Of a stretch of DNA of 64,000 nt, positions 16,737 to 24,175 are shown in pieces. The notes beneath the pieces were generated by a model. The model saw only the letters and a program-made list of their open reading frames with translations, did no database searches and was not told the origin of the DNA. Position 1 is the first letter of the stretch, and each line of letters begins with the position of its first letter. Origin of the DNA: Candidatus Woesearchaeota archaeon UBA525. Lineage in GTDB: Archaea > Nanobdellota > Nanobdellia > Woesearchaeales > UBA525. The translations under genes and the position numbers were made by a program. The stretch lies in the NCBI GenBank assembly GCA_002498125.1, contig DAGG01000030.1, forward strand, positions 3-64,002, read 5' to 3'.

Positions 16737-17441
16737 ATGGAGCACTGGGACCCTAGGACTAAAGAGGACTTCATCAGGGGAATGGAGGAGAAGGCGTATG
16801 ATGAGACTCTCCGTAACTGCCTCATGAGCAAAGGAGCCCATCACCAGGATCTGGACGACTTAACCCAGGACGCCTACATGCGTGCGTACAAGTACTTCGA
16901 CCTCTATGAGCCAGGCACGAACTTCAAGGCATGGCTATGCACCGTCGGCCAACGTAACATGATAAACCATCACCGCCGACGCCTCATCAAGCCGGAGGAC
17001 TTCAGCCTTGATGCGGAGAATGAGGACGGCTCTACGATGAAAGACGGGCTCTATGGGCACCACACCCCTGAGACAGACCTTGAAATGATGGAGGAGTTCA
17101 GCTACCGCCCGATCATCAGGAGAGCGATCTCTGACCTGCCGCACCAGTGGAAGATGATACTCCTCTCTACAGATATCGAAGGTCTCGGGCGTAAAGAGAC
17201 TGCGGAGCTGATGGGGTTGCCACAGGGGACTGTGCTGAGCAGCATCTACCGCGCAAAGAATCGCATACTGGATTGCCTCGTTGCCGCTTCAGAGGCGGTC
17301 GCTACGGCGGCGAGCGATGAGGAAGCTGCCAAGACATTGGCGGCGGAGTATGGGATACGCGGCGTGGCTTTGGAGAGGAGAGTCTATGACGCAGTGAAGA
17401 GAGCGCGCAGGGTCGAAGAGACAACTGAACAGGCTGCGTAG
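16737..17441 (+). CDS. Sigma-70 family (ECF-type) sigma-factor-like protein
   Basis: Region 2: DLTQDAYMRAYKYFDLYEPGTNFKAWLCTVGQRNMINHHRR. Region 4: LPHQWKMILLSTDIEGLGRKETAELMGLPQGTVLSSIYRAKNRILDCL. About 50-aa acidic/Ala-rich C-terminal extension. Confidence 0.75.
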   Translation: MEHWDPRTKEDFIRGMEEKAYDETLRNCLMSKGAHHQDLDDLTQDAYMRAYKYFDLYEPGTNFKAWLCTVGQRNMINHHRRRLIKPEDFSLDAENEDGSTMKDGLYGHHTPETDLEMMEEFSYRPIIRRAISDLPHQWKMILLSTDIEGLGRKETAELMGLPQGTVLSSIYRAKNRILDCLVAASEAVATAASDEEAAKTLAAEYGIRGVALERRVYDAVKRARRVEETTEQAA

Positions 17442-17509
17442 TTTCCACATGGAAAGCCGCTTCCCTTTCAAAGCCATCATGAGCAATTCTTTTAAACCGC
17501 ACCCGCATC

Positions 17510-19816
17510 ATGCGCACCATGGCTGAGAAAGAGATCCATCTCAAGGTAGCAGAGGCATTGCAGGACGACGTCAACAAGGGCATCGTCCGCTTCGACTCGT
17601 CATACATGAAGGAAATCGACGTCCGGCCAGGAAACATCGTCGAGATTATCGGCGAGCGCACGACTGTCGGTATTGTCGACCGCGCACTCCCCGGCGACAT
17701 CGGCCAGAACATCCTACGCATCGATGGGCTCACGCGCCGCAATGCGAAGACGACGATCAGCGAGATCGTGCGCGTACGCAAGGCGGAAGTGCAAGAGTGC
17801 AAGAAGATCACAATCGCCCCTGCGCGCAAGGGCATTATGATCCGTGCCAACCCTATCATCTTCAAGCGCGGCCTGCTCGGCCGTGCAGTGGTCAAGGGCG
17901 ACATCGTATCCCTGGGCGGCACTCGCCGTCGCAGGAACACGATGAGCGACAACCCGTTCTTCGACGAGATGTTCAGCATGCTCGGCGATGACAACATGCT
18001 CTCCTTCGGCCTGGGAGACCTCAAGTTCGTCGTGGTCGAATCACTGCCAGCGAAGAAGCCGGTGCTCATCACTGAGAACACGCAAGTAATCTTCAACCCC
18101 GAGGCTGTGGAGGTCAAGGAGGAGAAGGACATTGACGTCACGTACGAGGACATCGGTGGACTCGATGAGGAGTTGAAAAAAATCCGCGAGATGGTAGAAC
18201 TCCCGCTCAAGCACCCAGAGATCTTCGAACGCCTCGGCATCGAGCCGCCAAAAGGCGTCCTGCTGCACGGCCCTCCGGGCACAGGCAAGACGCTCCTGGC
18301 CAAGGCGGTCGCAAATGAGACGAACTCTAACTTCATCCTGATCAACGGACCTGAGATCATGTCAAAGTACTATGGTCAATCCGAGGAGAACCTGCGCAAG
18401 AAGTTCGAAGAGGCGGAGAAGAACGCGCCATCAATCATCTTCATCGATGAAATCGACGCTATCGCGTCAAAGCGCGAGGAGTCCAAAGGCGAGGTCGAAC
18501 GACGCGTGGTCGCGCAGCTCCTGACCATGATGGACGGCCTGAAGTCGCGCGGCAAAGTAGTCGTCATCGCCGCGACGAACATCCCGAACACGCTTGATCC
18601 TGCGCTACGCAGGCCTGGCCGTTTCGACCGCGAGATCGAGGTCGGCGTGCCGCAGGTCGCCGGCCGCTTAAACATCCTGAAGATCCACACGAGGAACATG
18701 CCGCTCGAGGAGAAGGGCAAGGAGAAGGTGGACCTGCAGAAAATGGCCGCGGTCACCCACGGTTTCGTCGGGGCGGACCTGAGCGCGCTCGCCAAGGAGG
18801 CAGCTATGATCGTCCTCCGCCGCGTGCTGCCGGACATCAACATGCAAGGCGATGAGGAGTTGCCCCAGGAGCTTCTGGAGAAACTTATCATCACACAATC
18901 AGACTTCCTCGAGGCGCTCAAGGTCGTACGCCCCAGCGCGCTGCGCGAGGTGCTCATCGAAATCCCGACCACGACCTATGAGGATATCGGCGGACTGCAG
19001 GATGTCAAGCAGGAGCTCATCGAGACAGTTGAGTGGCCGCTCAAGAACAAGGAGGCGTTCAAGCGCCTCGGCGTCAAGCCGCCAAAGGGCGTGCTCATGT
19101 ACGGACCTCCGGGAACTGGGAAGACACTCCTGGCCAAGGCTGTCGCGCATGAGGCAGAATCCAACTTCATCCTGGTCAAAGGACCGGAGCTGCTCTCCAA
19201 ATGGGTCGGCGAGTCTGAGAAGGCCGTTCGCAAGGTGTTCGAGAAGGCGCGCCAGACGGCTCCAACAATCATCTTCTTCGACGAGATCGATTCGATCGCT
19301 CCTCGCCGCGGAATGAACTCGGACTCGAACGTGACCGAACGTGTCGTGAACCAGCTCCTCACAGAGATGGACGGGCTGCAGGAGCTCAACGACATCGTGA
19401 TCATCGCGGCAACGAATAGGCCGGACATCTTAGATACCGCACTGCTCCGTCCGGGCCGCTTCGACCGCATCATCCTTGTACCTGTCCCTGAGAAGAAATC
19501 ACGCAAGCAAATCTTCGAAGTGCACACCGCGGACATGCCGCTCGCAAAGGACGTGATCATCAACGAGCTAGTGACAAAGACCGAAGGATATGTTGGTGCA
19601 GATATCGAGGCCGTCGCTCGCGAGGCAGCAATTCTCGCGCTCCGCGACGACATCAAGGCGACTGAGGTCAGCATGAAGTACTTTGAGCTGGCGCTTCTCA
19701 AGGTCAGACCATCGGTGACTAAGGATATCGAGCAGTCGTACAAGGAACTCGAAGGCACGTTCAAGCAGGCACGCGGACGACAGCTCGCGATGGACAAGCC
19801 GAGCTACTACGGCTGA
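17510..19816 (+). CDS. cdc48: Cdc48/VAT-type AAA+ ATPase (two AAA domains)
   Basis: N-domain KVAEA...VRPGNIVEI. Two [15 protein letters not shown] Walker A motifs, two IIF(I/F)DEID Walker B motifs, SRH regions. The ATG at 17519 fits the TATA (17488-17497) spacing slightly better. Confidence 0.95.
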   Translation: MRTMAEKEIHLKVAEALQDDVNKGIVRFDSSYMKEIDVRPGNIVEIIGERTTVGIVDRALPGDIGQNILRIDGLTRRNAKTTISEIVRVRKAEVQECKKITIAPARKGIMIRANPIIFKRGLLGRAVVKGDIVSLGGTRRRRNTMSDNPFFDEMFSMLGDDNMLSFGLGDLKFVVVESLPAKKPVLITENTQVIFNPEAVEVKEEKDIDVTYEDIGGLDEELKKIREMVELPLKHPEIFERLGIEPPKGVLLHGPPGTGKTLLAKAVANETNSNFILINGPEIMSKYYGQSEENLRKKFEEAEKNAPSIIFIDEIDAIASKREESKGEVERRVVAQLLTMMDGLKSRGKVVVIAATNIPNTLDPALRRPGRFDREIEVGVPQVAGRLNILKIHTRNMPLEEKGKEKVDLQKMAAVTHGFVGADLSALAKEAAMIVLRRVLPDINMQGDEELPQELLEKLIITQSDFLEALKVVRPSALREVLIEIPTTTYEDIGGLQDVKQELIETVEWPLKNKEAFKRLGVKPPKGVLMYGPPGTGKTLLAKAVAHEAESNFILVKGPELLSKWVGESEKAVRKVFEKARQTAPTIIFFDEIDSIAPRRGMNSDSNVTERVVNQLLTEMDGLQELNDIVIIAATNRPDILDTALLRPGRFDRIILVPVPEKKSRKQIFEVHTADMPLAKDVIINELVTKTEGYVGADIEAVAREAAILALRDDIKATEVSMKYFELALLKVRPSVTKDIEQSYKELEGTFKQARGRQLAMDKPSYYG

Positions 19817-19817
19817 G

Positions 19818-19838
19818 CTTTTGTTCATCCCTTTTTTC
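19818..19838 (+). terminator. T-rich terminator after cdc48
   Basis: CTTTTGTTCATCCCTTTTTT lies immediately after the stop, with T6 at 19832-19837. Confidence 0.35.
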
Positions 19839-19897
19839 ATACCTTCTAGACAATCCTAGTAAATCCTAAACTACTTCTCAGAATCCAAATGATCCAT

Positions 19898-20476
19898 CTA
19901 AGCGTGCTCAGACACAGTTTTCTGGAGCCTGTACGCATGGAGCAGCATGCCGACGTACACGATGATAAACGGAGCCACAAAGAAAAAATCATCCCGGGGG
20001 ATAAGGATTGACCAACCAGACATTCTCCAATCCACGATATTAAAGACAATGCCCAGCGCGTAAATCACCAAGGAGGTCACGAGTACCCACATCAGCCGCA
20101 GCCGGGCCATGACATACTCGTACGCATCGGGAAAGAACCTGATCCAACCCCAGGATACGAGCGTGCCTATCCCCCACCCAATGAGGAACACGGCTACGCT
20201 CAAGAGACCCAGCTCCATACCAGTCTCTAACCCCTCAGGGAAAAAAGCCGATGCGACAATCACTGCAGATGCGCCCATGATACCCAGCGTCTGGCGCTTG
20301 CCGAGCCTGAAGAGCCCTGCAGCAGCGCCACTGATAAGCGTAACCACGGGGATGATCAATGCACAGCCGAAGCATTCAGCGGACGGATGAGCATAGAGTG
20401 AATAGAGAAGAGAGATCAAGGGCAAGAAGATGAGGAACAAGAACCATGCTTGTGGGAGCCAACGAGGCACTACCAT
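19898..20476 (-). CDS. Integral membrane protein (about 6 TM), unknown function
   Basis: Hydrophobic helices throughout. CTTTTTATATTAG about 25 nt upstream on the minus strand. Confidence 0.55.
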   Translation of the reverse strand: MVVPRWLPQAWFLFLIFLPLISLLYSLYAHPSAECFGCALIIPVVTLISGAAAGLFRLGKRQTLGIMGASAVIVASAFFPEGLETGMELGLLSVAVFLIGWGIGTLVSWGWIRFFPDAYEYVMARLRLMWVLVTSLVIYALGIVFNIVDWRMSGWSILIPRDDFFFVAPFIIVYVGMLLHAYRLQKTVSEHA

Positions 20477-20547
20477 CTCTCTTCTCAGAAATCTCTAATA
20501 TAAAAAGCTGCTCGCGGCAGGCAGCTGGGCACAGAGAAGCCGCGCTA

Positions 20548-21099
20548 CTACGGCTGAGTCAACGCTTCGGCGACCGCCATCAGATCTGCGAGCCCTGCAT
20601 CATACCGTTCCACACGTATCCGCGGGTAGCGCTGCAGAGTCAGGTCTATGCGATGATCGAATCCAAAGAATGCCACGCCCACCTCTGTGCGACGCAGCGA
20701 CTTGTCAATCCTCTTGGCCACATGGATGTCGCGCATGTCACGCACCATGGCTGTGGCTGCATAGTCACCGATGAATCGTATCTGCATATCCAGGAGCTTC
20801 TCTGATTCTGTGTGCATCAACCTCGCTCCTCTATCTAGGAGCGATATCACGCAAGCGCAGTTCCTGCTCCCTTCGGCTGCCAACTCCTTGAAAGGCTGTG
20901 GCGAAGGCTTGACCACGGAGTCATGGTAGATTTTATCGAGATATTCATCCTGAAGGCGAGCGTCTATACCATCCCAGTAGCGGTCCAGGAGGCCGAGGTA
21001 CTCCGGAAGCAGGTCGGGTCTGGTGATAATTGAAGAATCGTAAATGTCTCCAAGCTCCACAGGGGCGTGGGCCGTCGGGATGTAGATGAGCCGCGCCAT
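20548..21099 (-). CDS. Hypothetical protein (183 aa)
   Basis: ORF with ordinary composition, separated by 3 nt from the upstream small gene. No motif recognised. Confidence 0.5.
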   Translation of the reverse strand: MARLIYIPTAHAPVELGDIYDSSIITRPDLLPEYLGLLDRYWDGIDARLQDEYLDKIYHDSVVKPSPQPFKELAAEGSRNCACVISLLDRGARLMHTESEKLLDMQIRFIGDYAATAMVRDMRDIHVAKRIDKSLRRTEVGVAFFGFDHRIDLTLQRYPRIRVERYDAGLADLMAVAEALTQP

Positions 21100-21102
21100 G
21101 CA

Positions 21103-21387
21103 TCACTCCCTGAACACTCTCGCGTGTTGCAGCATCAACCCTTCATCCCCCTCGAACTTCGCTGGGCAGTAGGCTGCGCTCACGACGCGAGGATGCTGGA
21201 GGAGCAGAGCGACATCGCACGCACGGCTCTGGCACATGTAGGAGTACCGACCGTCGCTGCGCACAGCCCAGGTCTCCGGCAGCATATCAAGAATGGTGAG
21301 AGCGTCTACGTTACAGATGACCTCCTCATCACCAAGGAACTCTAGCTCTGCTATGAACTCTTCCCTTGCACCCATCCCAGAACACAC
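21103..21387 (-). CDS. Hypothetical small protein (90-94 aa)
   Basis: ORF directly upstream of 20548..21099. The TATA-like CCTATAAAGG spacing favours the internal ATG at 21375. Confidence 0.4.
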   Translation of the reverse strand: MCSGMGAREEFIAELEFLGDEEVICNVDALTILDMLPETWAVRSDGRYSYMCQSRACDVALLLQHPRVVSAAYCPAKFEGDEGLMLQHARVFRE

Positions 21388-21497
21388 CTGCTCTCATCCC
21401 TTTATAGGTCTGCTGTTTTGCGTTCAAACTGCGGATTAGGCCAGGAACACCGCCGGGCCAGGAAATCTTTAAGAAGAGGCGAGGGAACGAGTAACCC

Positions 21498-22787
21498 ATG
21501 CAGGAAGGCGACAGGATCAGGTTCACATACCAGCACAAGGAGATGGAAGGAGTCCTCGTCCAGCTCAAAGACGACCATGCTACCGTCAAGCTTGACAGCG
21601 GCTACAATATTATCGTGCCTGTGGAAGAACTCACCGGCATAGAAACTGAACCACTCGAAAGAACCAAGACGCCCCCAGTCAAGGTGAAGCAGGACCCAAC
21701 ACTGCCCAAGGTTTCCATACTCCACACTGGTGGGACCATCGCGAGCAAGGTCGATTACAAGACCGGCGCTGTCGTCGCTCAGTTCAATCCAGAGGAACTG
21801 ATTGCACTCTTCCCAGAGCTATTGGAGCTCGCCAACATCGAGAGCAAGCTCCTCGCGAACATGCAGTCAGACGACATGCGTTTCGCGCACTACAACATCA
21901 TCGCGCGTGCTGTACTCGAGGAGATTAACCGCGGCGTAAAAGGAGTCATCGTCACCCAAGGTACTGACACGCTCCACTACACTGCCGCGGCGCTCAGCTT
22001 CGCGCTCGAGGGACTGAACGTCCCGGTCGTGGTCGTCGGCAGCCAGCGCAGTTCTGACCGGGGCAGCAGCGATGCCGCGACCAATCTCATGGGAGCACTC
22101 CGCTTCATCGGCGAGGGCATACCTGGTGTCTACATCGCCATGCACGAGACGAGCAGCGACGACCAAATCGCTATCATCGACGGCCTCCACGGGCGCAAGA
22201 GCCACTCGAGCCGCCGTGATGCGTTCGTGAGCGTGAACGCACCGCTGGTTGCGCGTATCCCGCCCGGCAAGGTCGAAATCATCGATGCCGCCCGCGTGGA
22301 GCAGCGGAAGAAGGCTGCTGAGCGCAAACCACGCGTCCTGCCATTCAAGGAGGACCTCAAGGTCGGCCTATGGAAGTCCCATCCGCAATCGTTCAGCGAT
22401 GAACTCGCGGTGTACGAGCACTATGATGGCCTCGTCATCGAGGGCACTGGCCTCGGCCACGCACCCATAACTCCTATTGACGAGCACACGCAGGAGCACG
22501 CGCTCATCAGAGAGCGCATCGCGAGCCTCGCCAAGCGCATCCCCGTTGCTATGACGACGCAAACCATCCACGGCAGGGTGAACATGAATGTCTACTCGCC
22601 AGGACGCAGGCTACTGGAGGAAGGCGTCCTCGGTCAAGGGTGCGATATGCCACCTGAGACTGCCTTCATCAAACTCGCGTGGCTGCTCTCCAACTTCAAG
22701 AGAGAGGAGATCGCAGTACTCTACCAGCAGAACCTTCGCGGTGAGATATCAGAACGGAGTCCCTTGGAAGACAGTCACTGCGAGTGA
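21498..22787 (+). CDS. gatD: Glutamyl-tRNA(Gln) amidotransferase subunit D
   Basis: N-terminal AD1-like beta domain followed by an asparaginase domain (ILHTGGTIASKVDYKTGAV, VIVTQGTDTLHYTAAALSF). Confidence 0.9.
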   Translation: MQEGDRIRFTYQHKEMEGVLVQLKDDHATVKLDSGYNIIVPVEELTGIETEPLERTKTPPVKVKQDPTLPKVSILHTGGTIASKVDYKTGAVVAQFNPEELIALFPELLELANIESKLLANMQSDDMRFAHYNIIARAVLEEINRGVKGVIVTQGTDTLHYTAAALSFALEGLNVPVVVVGSQRSSDRGSSDAATNLMGALRFIGEGIPGVYIAMHETSSDDQIAIIDGLHGRKSHSSRRDAFVSVNAPLVARIPPGKVEIIDAARVEQRKKAAERKPRVLPFKEDLKVGLWKSHPQSFSDELAVYEHYDGLVIEGTGLGHAPITPIDEHTQEHALIRERIASLAKRIPVAMTTQTIHGRVNMNVYSPGRRLLEEGVLGQGCDMPPETAFIKLAWLLSNFKREEIAVLYQQNLRGEISERSPLEDSHCE

Positions 22788-22804
22788 TTCGTCTCGCGAA
22801 GATT

Positions 22805-24175
22805 CTACTCGCAAGGTCGTGTCACAATCACTTGCACAGTCATGACTTTGCCGTCTTGTCCCATGATTGTGCCCAAAGACGCTATGTTATCGCTGCAGCC
22901 CACCATTGTCGCTGGAGCCTTTAGCTCACTCACGGAACGGATTGGTCCAGTGCAGCAGAGCGTGCTGTGCGTATCATTGAGGGTTTGCATCGAGCCGTTG
23001 CGCGCGAACTGGCACACTTGAGAGATGTTGGAGTTGCTGGGGAGCGTGCACCCACTCACACCAGCGCACTGATTGTAATCGCAGAACCCGCCGATGCTGC
23101 AATCGCTCTTGCACTCAGCAGGACGAAGCGTGATATTACGATACGTCTGCGTTGAGAAGAACCCTACCTGCGAGTCATACTTGGCATCATACCCTGTGGC
23201 GTTCCCTGTTAGGTTATGGTAGCCTGGTGTGATGGTGAAGTTGAAGATAGTTGTCACAGTCCTGTAGCTTTCGGTATCGATCCTCACGGAGGCCACCGGG
23301 AGCATGACGCGCGTATTCTCATCGATGACGCGCCCCTCCCAAGCAATCGTCGTAGACGTATTTAGGCACTTGCCAGTACCGCCATCTTCGCAGTAACCGC
23401 CAGTGCACGCGTCGCGTTCACCGAGCACGTAAACCGCAGACGCCGCAAGGTCCGGCGTGCTGTTGTAGGACTTAGTCTGGTTCACGATGCATGTGAAGGT
23501 CGCGTCGCCCTCAGTCATGCCTGCCGTAGGGCAGTTGAAGAACGCCTTGAGGCCAGACCAGCCAGTAATCGTGCAAAGGTTCTTCACGCCACCCTTAGAT
23601 AGAGTCGCGTTTGCGCTCTTGAGCGGCCCAGGGAAGCTACCTGCGGTGTAGGTGCAGTTCCCCTGCACTGTACCCTGCGGTCCGGCACAAGCGAAGCGAC
23701 CGCTCGCTTCAGCATTGCTGATCCCGACTTTGCAGTTCACATCGCCGCGCATCGCGGTCGTGCCACCATCATAATCCGCTTCGCCGTTACCATCATTGTC
23801 GAGGTTATCCATGCAGGAAGTCTCATCGCAGTAGCCGGTGACTGCGTTGATGGTCGTGCCGAGCGGGCACTCGCACGTCGCAGGAGCAGCGCCAGGATCA
23901 ACACAGACCCTGTTCGCGGTGCACGCGATACGGCTTGAGGTGTAATCGCAACGGTCAGTAGCCTCGTTGCACGTGCCCGCAGACGTCTGGTTCAAGCTCG
24001 TCGCGTCCCAGCAGGAATCAACAATCGTCGGGCACACCAATGGCGTCCCACCACCGCAAATGGTACCGCAAGCATTCTGCCAGACCTCATTCTCCATGCA
24101 GAATTTATTCAGCGGACTCGAATCACAAGACTGACCAGTCATGAACTTGCACACGCCACTGCAAGGAACCTCCGG
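22805..24175 (-). repeat. ~1.35-kb paralogous block shared with 27328-28670 (3' thirds of the two giant genes)
   Basis: The C-terminal ~450 aa align colinearly. 22832-22933 and 27355-27456 differ at 6 of about 102 positions by manual alignment. Confidence 0.8.

Noticed and set aside
17302-18360. 352-aa ORF antisense to cdc48. The same pattern occurs at 18976-19797, 35309-36250, 37156-37989, 51986-52882, 15991-16827, 59448-60302, 62724-63656 and 40102-40941.
   Set aside because: All lie opposite strongly conserved genes. They have Ser/Arg/Leu-rich low-complexity translations typical of antisense frames in GC-rich coding DNA, and they have no promoter or SD signals.
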